In this document: piece after piece, positions 19,003-27,567 of the stretch
How positions within the stretch are numbered: the first letter of the stretch is position 1
Layout: every line of letters begins with the position of its first letter
Source of the DNA: an uncultured Acidobacteriota bacterium
GTDB taxonomy: Bacteria; Acidobacteriota; Blastocatellia; Pyrinomonadales; Pyrinomonadaceae
Assembly: GCA_963791265.1 (NCBI GenBank)
Contig: CAWBSB010000014.1
Coordinates: forward strand, 42,837 to 106,836
Direction: 5' to 3'
DNA: 64,000 nt
Notes under the pieces: generated by a model
The model's database searches: none
What the model was told of the DNA's origin: nothing
Seen by the model: only the letters and a program-made list of their open reading frames with translations
Program-made: the position numbers and the translations under genes

Positions 19003-19228
19003 CTTAGAAGCTGTTTGAAAAGTCTCAGAAAGCCCCGCAGGGGCGAAATGTGAGAGCCTGTGGCAACGCCACAGGGAAAGATTCCAGTTTATTCATCAAG
19101 CCCTGAAGGGGCGGAATAAGGGTGACATCAATATTGCTGCCCTTCAGGGCTTCATCAGGTTGTCTATGTCTAGACCCAGTGGGCTATCACATCGTCGCCC
19201 CTTCGGGGCTTTTCAAACAACTTCTAAG
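19003..19228. repeat. nested-palindrome element, variant (gccccgcaggggc / cctgtggcaacgccacagg / aagccctgaaggggcgg)
   Basis: Termini cttagaagctgtttgaaaag and cttttcaaacaacttctaag. Same hairpin order as the main family, with different stem sequences. Confidence 0.85.
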
Positions 19229-19477
19229 AAGCAGTTTGAAAAGTGCCAGCTTCTCTCTGTCCCGTCAGGGACAATTGAAAATAGCCCAGCCATTCATGGC
19301 TGGGAATAGATTCGGTATATAAGAACTGAGTCCCGTAGGGACGGCTGAAATGAGCGCGGCTCTTGGTTCAGCCGTCCCTACGGGACTCAATCATTTTAGC
19401 GGCGCTGTTTCCCAGCCATCAATGGCTGGGCTATTGTCACGTCGTCCCTAACGGGACTTTTTCAATCAGCTTCTAAG
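19221..19477. repeat. nested-palindrome element, main family (copy 3), abutting the previous element
   Basis: Shares cttctaagaag with the right end of the neighbouring element. Contains gtcccgtcagggac, cccagccattcatggctggg, gagtcccgtagggacggctgaa...ttcagccgtccctacgggactc, cccagccatcaatggctggg, gtccctaacgggac and a ttcaatcagcttctaag terminus. Confidence 0.9.
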
Positions 19478-19620
19478 AAAGCAGCGAATGCTTCTTGTCT
19501 TTATCCTGTCTATCCTGTCCATCCCTGCTCGAATCCGGCTGAGTAACCACTCACGGCTTAGATTCTTCCTGAACCAGTAGATACGCGCTCTCGCCTGAGA
19601 ACCCTGCCTGATCTCGAAAG

Positions 19621-19890
19621 TCACTTCCGGCGGGCGGGTAGTTTCGTGGGCAGATCAAGCTCGTCGTCAATCAAAACATCTACAATAACACCCGCAACGC
19701 GAGCATAACGCAGAAGAACCATCAGCGTTGGCTCGGATTTGTCTAACTCATAATCCGAGATTCTTGTATAAAGAATCTCATCCTCAACGTCTAACTGCCT
19801 GTGCATCTCGGTTTGAGAAAGACCGAGAGCCAATCGAATCTGTAACAGTTTTTCCGCAAGGCGTTTTGGCCGCTGGCGCGCGTGTCCCAT
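19621..19890 (-). CDS. XRE-family HTH transcriptional regulator (paralog 2)
   Basis: About 60% identical by eye to the 18352-18627 product. It has the same LLQ(V/I)RLALGLSQ.EM and LLRYAR...DVLIDDELDLP blocks. Confidence 0.8.
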   Translation of the reverse strand: MGHARQRPKRLAEKLLQIRLALGLSQTEMHRQLDVEDEILYTRISDYELDKSEPTLMVLLRYARVAGVIVDVLIDDELDLPTKLPARRK

Positions 19891-19972
19891 CAGGCGCTAC
19901 CTCCTGACAGTATGCCACCTGTGCTTAGAACTTCGGCTTCAATTCCAACTCATACATACTCGGCTTAGCTCA

Positions 19973-21709
19973 TTAATTCATCCGGGCGACCATCGGAGGA
20001 TTTTTCTTGTTGATTAGGATGTAGAGCCTTTTGGCCAGTTCAGGGTTCATCGTCTGAAGAACTTTGTATTGATCCATCGCGGCCTTTTTGTTCCCGCTCT
20101 GGAAATAGGCGAAGCCGAGATTGAAGTAAGCTCCGGCGTAATCGCTTTTCAGGTTGATCGCCTGTTTGTGCGCCGCGATAGCCTCGTTCCAGCGTTGGAG
20201 GCTGCCGTAAGCATAGCCTAGATTGTTGTGCGCTTCAGCCCAGTCTGACCTGATGAGGGTCGCCTGTTTGAATGCCTCGACGCTTTCAGGGAATTTGGCG
20301 AGCTTGCTGTAGGCGATGCCTAGATTGAATTGCGCCGCCGGGTAATCCGATTGGATGCTCACGGCTCGTTTGAGCGCGGTGGTGGCTTCGTTGAAGTTGC
20401 CAGTGTTGTTGTAAGCCCAGCCGAGATTGGTGTAAGCCCCGGCATCGTTGGGCTGGTAGCGAATCGCCTGCTTGAAAGCGTCTATCGCTTCCGTCCAGCG
20501 ACGCGACTTGCCGAGCGCGAACCCAAGATTATCGTAAGCGTCGTCCATGTCCGGTTTCAGCGCGAGCGCCTTCTTGTAAGCATCTATAGCGTCGCTGTAG
20601 CGCGTTAGCTTGTTGCTGACGAAGCCCAGATTGCTGTAGGTGTCGGCGTCCGCCTGCTTGAGCAGAATGGCCTGCTTGTAAGCGTCTGCGGCGTCGGAGA
20701 ATTTATTCAGGCGGCGATAGGCGTCGCCGATGTTGCTGTAAACGTCCTGATAGCCGGGCTTCATCTTGACGGCCTGCCTGTAAGCGGCGATTGATTCTTC
20801 GTAACGACCGGCGTTATAGAGAGCCGCGCCTGCGCTGTAGTGCGCCTCTGCATAGTTCGGATTCAAGGTGGCGGCCTGCCTGTAGGCGGCAACGGCAGCG
20901 TCGTATTGTTCGAGACGATCCTGAGCCTGACCGAGATAGTTGAAGGCTTCCCAGTCTCTGGTGTCGTAGCGAGTGGCCTGCGTGAGCGAGGCGACCGCCT
21001 CCTGATACCTGCCCGCCCTGAAATAGATGTCGCCCATGTTGTAATGCGCGGAAGCAACGTCCGGCTTGAGCCGAACTGTCTCTCGATAAGCAGCCAGCGC
21101 TTCCTCGTCGCGCTTCAGATTGAAGAGCGAATCGCCCAGACCGTTGTAGGCTTCGCCCCAGTTGGGCTTGTAGCGAACCGCCTGTTTGTAGGCATCTGCG
21201 GCTTCCGTGAATTTGTTCAGATTAAAGTAGGCGTCGCCCAGATTGTTGTGCGCCTCTGCAAAGCCCGGTTTCAGGCGAATGGCTTGTCTGTAAGAATCAA
21301 CGGCTTTCTCAAACTGCCCCTTGTCAAAAAAATCATCGCCCTGATCGTTGAAGGTCTCGGCGGTGGCTGTGGGTTGCGGCGGCCTCGGACGAGGAGTCGT
21401 CTTCTTGAGTCCGCCTCCGCCGCGCGTAGAGCCTTTAACCGGGCGATTGCTTGCCTGATATTGAACCGGCCCCGGCGTGGGTGTGGGCGTGGGCTTGGCC
21501 GGGCGTTTGTTGTGTTGACGATTGACGCGTGGAATCGCCAGCACGCCGACCGCGCCGCCCGAAATGTCTGTCGCCAGATTAGCTCCGCCGGAGATGTCCT
21601 GCGCCAGCAGAAGTGTCCCGCTATTCAGCGAAGCGATGACGAGCAGAACGATTGAGCGCAACGCAGGCTTGGCGCTCCGCGCACGATTGTGTAGGGGTTT
21701 GAAATACAT
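19973..21709 (-). CDS. secreted TPR-repeat protein
   Basis: About 14 consecutive 34-aa TPR units (A..Y..A..L.P..A.A..NLG.AY), a signal-like N-terminus and a PTPTPTPGP linker. ATG at 21709 preferred over the upstream TTG. Confidence 0.85.
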   Translation of the reverse strand: MYFKPLHNRARSAKPALRSIVLLVIASLNSGTLLLAQDISGGANLATDISGGAVGVLAIPRVNRQHNKRPAKPTPTPTPGPVQYQASNRPVKGSTRGGGGLKKTTPRPRPPQPTATAETFNDQGDDFFDKGQFEKAVDSYRQAIRLKPGFAEAHNNLGDAYFNLNKFTEAADAYKQAVRYKPNWGEAYNGLGDSLFNLKRDEEALAAYRETVRLKPDVASAHYNMGDIYFRAGRYQEAVASLTQATRYDTRDWEAFNYLGQAQDRLEQYDAAVAAYRQAATLNPNYAEAHYSAGAALYNAGRYEESIAAYRQAVKMKPGYQDVYSNIGDAYRRLNKFSDAADAYKQAILLKQADADTYSNLGFVSNKLTRYSDAIDAYKKALALKPDMDDAYDNLGFALGKSRRWTEAIDAFKQAIRYQPNDAGAYTNLGWAYNNTGNFNEATTALKRAVSIQSDYPAAQFNLGIAYSKLAKFPESVEAFKQATLIRSDWAEAHNNLGYAYGSLQRWNEAIAAHKQAINLKSDYAGAYFNLGFAYFQSGNKKAAMDQYKVLQTMNPELAKRLYILINKKNPPMVARMN

Positions 21710-22016
21710 CTTAAACTCCAGCTCCGAATCTCGGTTCAAACATGCCGATTTGAAGTAATGGTGTGGATGAAGGGTTGCCGCGCGTGATCGAAAATCAGGA
21801 GCCGAAACATTTCCGGGCTCTTCTGATTCTCGATCATGCGCTCACCTTTCCAGGCCACTCGCGCCCATGGTTTGACGCGCCCACAGATTTTCAGCCAGCG
21901 AGTATCGCAGAATCAGGCTGGCGATGGAAGACACTCTTTGCAGACGGAGGTCTCCCTGATGGTTTGCGCCGCCGTCGGAGAGTGAGTTTCTTTTGCCGCA
22001 AGTGTGGGGAATCTTC

Positions 22017-22081
22017 CGCTCGTTGCAGAATGAATAGCTTAAATCATTTGCATTGACTTCGCGTTGTGGCAGGCATATAAG
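22017..22081 (+). promoter_or_regulatory. sigma70-like promoter (TTGACT-17-TATAAG) with upstream motif CGCTCGTTGCAGAATGAATA
   Basis: -35 at 22053-58 and -10 at 22076-81. The motif at 22017-36 is repeated at 24228-47. The partial palindrome gcagaatga-N10-tcatttgc lies between the motif and the -35. Confidence 0.5.
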
Positions 22082-22143
22082 CGGTCTTGCGTAAAGTTAT
22101 CGCTACCTTCAAACCTCATTAGCATTTTCAAAGGAGAACACCG

Positions 22144-23937
22144 ATGAATCCTCAACTCAAGACTTCTACGGTTATTGCTAAGACAGCACTCCTCCTGCCC
22201 TTCGTCTGCGTTGTCCTATTTTTCTTGGTCAAGACTGTGTTAATGGCGGGCTTTGCTCAATCACCTGAATCCATCACACAAGAAAGGACTCTCAAACTCA
22301 AGACTTTCAAAGACATTCCCGTAGTTATTCATAAAGTAAGAAATCTCAAGTCGGGTACATGGCATAAGGATTTGGAAATTGAGGTTAAGAATGTTTCAGA
22401 CAAGCCGATCTACTTCATGCTTGCTTACCTTGTATTCCCAGATGACCCAGTTCCTCCGGGTGGGGAGTCAGGAATTCCTCTAATGTATGGGGATCCTAAA
22501 AAAAACGGAAACATTGCTAAGTACGCAAATCCTGAAGATGAGCACCTAGAACCTGGTAAAACTTATGTGTTTACTGTTCCCGAGCTGTTCAAGAAAGGCT
22601 TGAAGGCTAAGCATGAAAAATTTCGTGAGCGAACGAAAAACCTCGTGTTCAAGTTTGCTATCATTAATTTCGGTGACAAGACTGGATTTGAGGCGGGTCA
22701 GAGCCTAGACCTCAGGAACAAGGGAAGTGCGCGCTCTCTTCATAAAGAGAAAATATCCAAAGATGTAAAGTTGAGTCATTCAACTTCTACCTCCACCCCG
22801 GTACAAGACGACTGCGGTGGAGGTAATTGTTTTAGGTGGTTTGTTGATCCTGCGCCAATTTCCACATCATGCGCTTGTTCTTTGACTATTCGTGCAATCG
22901 TATCTTCTGATCGACCATGTAAACGTCTGATGCTGGAATTTTTTGATTGTGAGGGAGACGGTAATTTAGAGTGCCACAACGACGCTATTGATGACGAGGG
23001 TTCAGCCTCGTGCCCCGGCGCAACTCCAACTCCCGAACCAACCGCTACCACGACACCCACCCCGCCGCCAACGTTGGAGTGCGACCCGGATACAAAAATT
23101 AATCCGAGTTGCAACTTCTGCGTCGAAGATGTCTTCGGCCAGCCCACCTGGTCGTGCAATCAATGCCCGCAGGGCGTGCCTGCGAACTTTTTACAATACG
23201 CGCCTCCCGGCTGCCCCGAGAACATGCAGGACGTGGGGAATTACTGCTGTGCCTGCCCTCAACAGTTGAGTTGCGACGAAGGCTACTGGGACAAGACTAG
23301 CTGCAAGTGTGTCTGCAATGAAGGTGCTCAACAAAACTGTATGAATGTAGACAATGGCTACTGGGATGCCTCAAGATGCCATTGCGTCATCCCCGGCTCT
23401 CCCATCGTCCTGGACACTTCCGGCAACGGTATCAGTCTCACCTCTGCGGCTAACGGCGTCCTCTTTGACCTCGACAGCAACAACCAGCGAGAAAAGCTGG
23501 CGTGGACAACAAATGGTTCTGACGACGCCTGGCTCGCCCTTGACCGCGACGGCAACGGCCAGATAGACAATGGCAAGGAACTATTCGGCAATTTTACCCC
23601 CCAGCCTCAATCAGCCACGCCCAACGGATTTCTGGCCTTAGCCGAATACGACAGACAGGCCAACGGCGGAAATGGTGACGGCGTGATTAATAAGAAAGAT
23701 GCCATCTTCACCTCTTTGCGCCTGTGGCGAGACACTAATCATAACGGCCTCTCGGAAGCAGGGGAGTTGCAGACCTTGCCGGAATTGGGAGTGGCGAAAC
23801 TAGAACTCGACTATAAAGAGTCGAAGCGAGTTGACCAGTATGGCAATCGGTTCAAGTATCGAGCGAAGGTCAAAGACAAGCATGACGCTCAGGTGGGACG
23901 CTGGGCTTGGGACGTGTTTCTGGTTTCTGCGCCGTGA
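22144..23937 (+). CDS. secreted modular protein: AT-rich N-domain, TP-rich linker, Cys-rich module, C-terminal Ca-binding-loop (EF-hand/dockerin-like) domain
   Basis: aaaggag SD and a signal/TM segment. Linker [17 protein letters not shown]. More than 20 Cys in about 130 aa. Loops [26 protein letters not shown] and [12 protein letters not shown]. Confidence 0.7.
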   Translation: MNPQLKTSTVIAKTALLLPFVCVVLFFLVKTVLMAGFAQSPESITQERTLKLKTFKDIPVVIHKVRNLKSGTWHKDLEIEVKNVSDKPIYFMLAYLVFPDDPVPPGGESGIPLMYGDPKKNGNIAKYANPEDEHLEPGKTYVFTVPELFKKGLKAKHEKFRERTKNLVFKFAIINFGDKTGFEAGQSLDLRNKGSARSLHKEKISKDVKLSHSTSTSTPVQDDCGGGNCFRWFVDPAPISTSCACSLTIRAIVSSDRPCKRLMLEFFDCEGDGNLECHNDAIDDEGSASCPGATPTPEPTATTTPTPPPTLECDPDTKINPSCNFCVEDVFGQPTWSCNQCPQGVPANFLQYAPPGCPENMQDVGNYCCACPQQLSCDEGYWDKTSCKCVCNEGAQQNCMNVDNGYWDASRCHCVIPGSPIVLDTSGNGISLTSAANGVLFDLDSNNQREKLAWTTNGSDDAWLALDRDGNGQIDNGKELFGNFTPQPQSATPNGFLALAEYDRQANGGNGDGVINKKDAIFTSLRLWRDTNHNGLSEAGELQTLPELGVAKLELDYKESKRVDQYGNRFKYRAKVKDKHDAQVGRWAWDVFLVSAP

Positions 23938-24227
23938 TGCGTTCCCTTCCTGACTTCGATCATAAGGAGAGGACAAAGATAGGCCACTGGAATGACACGA
24001 AGCCACGCGACATTACAGGCTCTTTCGCTTGGCTTTGTCTTATTCTAGAGCGATTTGCAAATGAATGTCAGGCGTTGAATCAAACTGTAGGGGCAGGGAC
24101 CAGCCCTGCCCCTACAATGATGCCCGCGCCTTTCGTTCAATCGAAAACCACTCTAGTGGATCACCCGCTTCCTTCTTTTTATCCAGCCTTGACTGCCCCG
24201 CACCATGCTCCGAATCGTTGATTTCCA

Positions 24228-24276
24228 CGCTCGTTGCAGAATGTATATTGACTCGCCGCCCGATTTGGCATAGAAG
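24228..24276 (+). promoter_or_regulatory. sigma70-like promoter (TTGACT-17-TAGAAG) with upstream motif CGCTCGTTGCAGAATGTATA
   Basis: -35 at 24248-53 and -10 at 24271-76. The motif at 24228-47 matches 22017-36 at 19 of 20 positions. Confidence 0.5.
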
Positions 24277-24348
24277 AGGATGCGGTTTCCGAACAAGAGA
24301 GACGCAGTTGATTTGAACCGCGCCACAGTTCGTTCAAAGGAGAGACAG

Positions 24349-24972
24349 ATGAAACGTTGCCCTAATTGCCAGCGAACATACCCTGATGACTCGCCGGGCT
24401 TCTGCGTCAACGACGGAACACAACTCGTCAACGAAGAAGCCCCGGCCTTCGATCCGCAGAAAACTATCCTCGCGTCCGCGCCGCCGCCGCCCCAGGCACC
24501 GCCCCAATATTCCAATCCTGCGCCGCCCCTGGCTAACCAGCCGCCGCCCCCGCCGCCGCAACCCGCTTGGCCACCACCGCCGCCGCATCAGCAGCAGCAA
24601 CAAGCCCAAAACTGGGGCGGTGGCTATTACCAGCAGCCGGGGCAGCCTTACGGTGCGCCGTATGCGCCGCCCGTTGGGAAGGGCAACAAACTGAGTCTGG
24701 CAGCTCTGGTCATCGGTTGCATCAGCGGCTTTCTGGGATTTCTTCTGTTTGCAGGCTATCAAGGCTGGATGAGAATTTTTACCAGAGACACGGCCTATAT
24801 TGCGATTATCACTGCCGTCATCACAGGCGCTGCGGCTCTGGTTCTGGGAGCCATCGCGCTCATCTCTGCGCGCCAACGCAGCAAAGCGCTGGCCGTCATC
24901 GGGATGGTCTTGAGTGCTGCCAGCATAGCGTTCTACATCTATCTGGAAACGGAATATGGCATCCTCTTCTAG
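24349..24972 (+). CDS. zinc-ribbon / PQ-rich / C-terminal multi-TM (DUF4190-like) protein, paralog 1
   Basis: Starts MKRCPNCQRTYPDDSPGFCVNDGTQL, after an aaaggagag SD. Pro/Gln/Tyr/Gly low-complexity linker and 3 predicted TM helices. Confidence 0.8.
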   Translation: MKRCPNCQRTYPDDSPGFCVNDGTQLVNEEAPAFDPQKTILASAPPPPQAPPQYSNPAPPLANQPPPPPPQPAWPPPPPHQQQQQAQNWGGGYYQQPGQPYGAPYAPPVGKGNKLSLAALVIGCISGFLGFLLFAGYQGWMRIFTRDTAYIAIITAVITGAAALVLGAIALISARQRSKALAVIGMVLSAASIAFYIYLETEYGILF

Positions 24973-25053
24973 TTGAAGTTTCTTCGGAAGCCGCGAGCCG
25001 CTTCGGTCAGCAGCGGCAATACAGTATGGCTGAGTAAAGAAAGTGAGAGACGA

Positions 25054-25752
25054 ATGAAACGCTGCCCCTCTTGCCGTCAAACTTACCCGGACGACGCGCC
25101 GGATTATTGCTCGAACGACGGCATGCGCCTGGTGGATGAAGAGTCTGCTTCCTTTGACCCGGACAAAACTGTGATGGCTTCCGGGCTGCGCGGAGGCTCG
25201 CCCCTCGCTGCGCCGCCACCACAACCGCCGCCAGCGCCGCCGCAACCGCCCCCGCCACCGCAGCAGCAGCAGTATCAAGCTCCGAACGCGCCACCGGAGA
25301 TGAACTCCCCCGGACAGTGGCCGCCGCCGCCGTCGGGCGAGCTGCCCCCGCAACAATGGCAAGCGCCCGGCAATCAACCTGCTCAAGCGGGATGGCCACA
25401 GCCGTCGCCCGCTCCAAACTGGGGAGGCGCTCCGTATCAACAGCCTGCCGCAAACGCGCCCTACGCTGCGCCCTACGCGCCAGCACCGCCGCAGGGAGGC
25501 AGAAGCAGGGCCTTAGCCATCGCTGCGCTGGCGACGGGAGCGTGCGCCGCCACGATCATGGCAATGCTGATCGCACGCAGTCTTGATATTGTTTTTACCT
25601 CGCTGCTGGTTCTAGCCATTCTGGGCGTCGGGCTTGGCGTTGTTTCTCTGATCCTCTCATTGCAAAAGCCGACGCGCTTCGCGGGCGTTCCGCTGGCGAT
25701 TGCCGGGTTTGCGCTGGGCACTGCTGCGCTCGTTTACTACTTCACCTTCTAG
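25054..25752 (+). CDS. zinc-ribbon / PQ-rich / multi-TM protein, paralog 2
   Basis: MKRCPSCRQTYPDDAPDYCSNDGMRL. Same architecture as paralog 1. Confidence 0.8.
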   Translation: MKRCPSCRQTYPDDAPDYCSNDGMRLVDEESASFDPDKTVMASGLRGGSPLAAPPPQPPPAPPQPPPPPQQQQYQAPNAPPEMNSPGQWPPPPSGELPPQQWQAPGNQPAQAGWPQPSPAPNWGGAPYQQPAANAPYAAPYAPAPPQGGRSRALAIAALATGACAATIMAMLIARSLDIVFTSLLVLAILGVGLGVVSLILSLQKPTRFAGVPLAIAGFALGTAALVYYFTF

Positions 25753-25811
25753 CGCCGGGATCAGCAGCCTGAAAAGCGAGATGTGCCGCAAAATTTTTAC
25801 AGGAGAAACCA

Positions 25812-26366
25812 ATGAAACGTTGTCCCAGTTGTCAACAAACTTTCCCGGATAACGCCCCGGACTTGTGTCCCTACGACGGAACGGCGATGACGATTGATAC
25901 GTCACAGCCGCCGTATTATGCGGGCGGCCAGCCACCTTACGGGATGCCGGGCGGCGCACCGCCGTGGGGGCCTCCGCCGCCGGAAGGCTACTATCAACAG
26001 CCCGGCCAGTATCCGCCTTATCCGCCGCCTTACGGTGGCCCGTATGCGCCGAGAGCCGGGGGGAGCGGCCTCTCAAAAGCGGCCTTGTTTACGGGCATTG
26101 GCGCTCTCGGCGGGTTCATCATTGCGGTTATCTTTGCCGTGATAGCCATCAACAGCCGCAGCCGTGACCTCTTGCCGGTCGTCGGCATCTTCGCGCTGCT
26201 GGCGCTGCTGGCGGGATTGACTGCCGTCGTTCTCGGAATCGTCACCCTCTCAATGGCGAACAGAAATCCTATGATGAACAAAGTTCACGGCATCCTCGGA
26301 ATAATATTTGGCGCGATTCCCATCATCCTCTGGTTTCTCGGACTCGCCAGGGGAAGACGCTTCTGA
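25812..26366 (+). CDS. zinc-ribbon / PQ-rich / multi-TM protein, paralog 3
   Basis: MKRCPSCQQTFPDNAPDLCPYDGTAM, with a caggag SD. Same architecture as paralog 1. Confidence 0.8.
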   Translation: MKRCPSCQQTFPDNAPDLCPYDGTAMTIDTSQPPYYAGGQPPYGMPGGAPPWGPPPPEGYYQQPGQYPPYPPPYGGPYAPRAGGSGLSKAALFTGIGALGGFIIAVIFAVIAINSRSRDLLPVVGIFALLALLAGLTAVVLGIVTLSMANRNPMMNKVHGILGIIFGAIPIILWFLGLARGRRF

Positions 26367-26410
26367 GAATCCGCAAACGGATGTGAGGCTGTAATCAAAG
26401 GAAGATTTTT

Positions 26411-26989
26411 ATGAAAACCTGTCCTTCATGCCAGCAGGTTTACCCGAATGACGGCCCGGACTATTGCACGAACGACGGGACGCCTCTGGGGAGTTCTGCT
26501 TCGGAATATGGCTCCGGTTCGTCGGGCTACGCCTGGCAGACGCCAAGCGACCAAACCCAGCAGCCGCCGCCTCAGAATTGGCAACCACCGCCGCCAAACT
26601 GGGGCTACGGGCAGCCGGGTCAGTATGCTCCTCCCGGACAATACGCTCCCTACGGCTACCAGATGCCCTATCCACAGGCGACGGGCGGCGGGGGACTCGC
26701 AACGGCGGCACTGTTCACGGGGATCGGGACAATGGCCGCCCTGGTTCTGGGCATCATGATCATGATGATAGCGGCAGGCTCTTTCAATATAGGCATGTAT
26801 CAGTTCGGCGCGATTCTCGTTTTCCTCTCGTTGATCTCAGGCATCACGGCGCTGATTCTGGGAATCGTGACGATCTCGATGTCGAACCGAAATCCTTCAA
26901 TCAGCAAAGCAAAAGGCATCGTCGGCATGTGCCTCGGAGCTATTCCGCTCTTGCTGATGATCATCGGATTGATTGCGAGGGCGAGTTAG
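26411..26989 (+). CDS. zinc-ribbon / PQ-rich / multi-TM protein, paralog 4
   Basis: MKTCPSCQQVYPNDGPDYCTNDGTPL. The C-terminal TM block (SMSNRNP...KGIVGM.LGAIPLLL) is closest to paralog 3. Confidence 0.8.
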   Translation: MKTCPSCQQVYPNDGPDYCTNDGTPLGSSASEYGSGSSGYAWQTPSDQTQQPPPQNWQPPPPNWGYGQPGQYAPPGQYAPYGYQMPYPQATGGGGLATAALFTGIGTMAALVLGIMIMMIAAGSFNIGMYQFGAILVFLSLISGITALILGIVTISMSNRNPSISKAKGIVGMCLGAIPLLLMIIGLIARAS

Positions 26990-27007
26990 AGCGCCGAACA
27001 AAGCAGA

Positions 27008-27125
27008 GAAGAAATAGACAGGATTAACAGGATTATCAAGATTAAGAAGACAGGGCATGTCAGGGCAGCTTGAATGCTTAATTCTTTCATCCTGATAATC
27101 TTGTTAATCCTGTCTATATTTCTTC
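27008..27125. repeat. GACAGGAT-family element (copy 3), near-identical to copy 2
   Basis: By eye it differs from 4976-5092 at only three small positions: c/t in ggcaYgtc, a 1-nt indel in gctta(a)ttc, and the last arm bases. Confidence 0.92.
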
Positions 27126-27545
27126 TCGGTTTTTAATTTTCGGCGAGAAACGAACAATCGTTGCGCCCCAGCTTCCGGCTTCGGGTGGAGCATCCGTCCA
27201 GTCTTCAACGAAAGATGTCTGCGCCAACACGCTGCGTACCAGCTCGCGCTGCACGCCTTTGCCCTTACCGTGAATAATCCGCACGCTCCTGTAACCCGCC
27301 GCGTGAGCCTCAGCCAGATACTCTATGACGACGCGCTTCACGTCGCGCGGCGCGATGGTGTGAAGGTCAAAGACATCAAGAATCTCCAGCCGGATGGGTT
27401 CGGGGAAGGGATTGAAAGGATCAATCTCCTCTTCATCCTCCATCCCGCCGAAATCCTCTGACTTGCTGAAATTATTCCGCTCTGTTCCGTGATGAGCACG
27501 GGACAGCTTAACTTTCCATCTTTTTAACCATTGAAGGAATCGCAT
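27114..27545 (-). CDS. Smr (MutS2-related small nuclease) domain protein
   Basis: LDVFDLHTIAPRDV...GYRSVRIIHGKGKGVQRELV is an Smr pattern. The stop codon lies inside the 27008-27125 repeat arm. Confidence 0.75.
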   Translation of the reverse strand: MRFLQWLKRWKVKLSRAHHGTERNNFSKSEDFGGMEDEEEIDPFNPFPEPIRLEILDVFDLHTIAPRDVKRVVIEYLAEAHAAGYRSVRIIHGKGKGVQRELVRSVLAQTSFVEDWTDAPPEAGSWGATIVRFSPKIKNREEI

Positions 27546-27567
27546 CTCAGCTTATAGCCACGCAATC

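Noticed and set aside
14367-19970. tRNA-Arg-linked genomic island.
   Set aside because: There is no integrase, and I noticed no direct repeat of the tRNA 3' end. The GGDEF/EAL gene has native-looking composition.
21763-22056. 97-aa ORF between the TPR and secreted-protein genes.
   Set aside because: GTG start with no SD and an Arg-rich tail. It overlaps the promoter/motif region.
24087-24115. Hairpin gtaggggcaggg-accagc-cctgcccctac after the secreted-protein gene, as a terminator.
   Set aside because: The stem is real, but no U-tract follows on either strand and it lies about 150 nt from the stop. I left it unassigned.
24334-25440. 368-aa ORF on the minus strand across paralogs 1-2.
   Set aside because: It is the mirror image of the Pro/Gln-rich coding repeats: CCG/CAG read antisense gives Arg/Leu/Trp runs. 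It has no start context or motifs, while the plus-strand genes have SDs and conserved ends.
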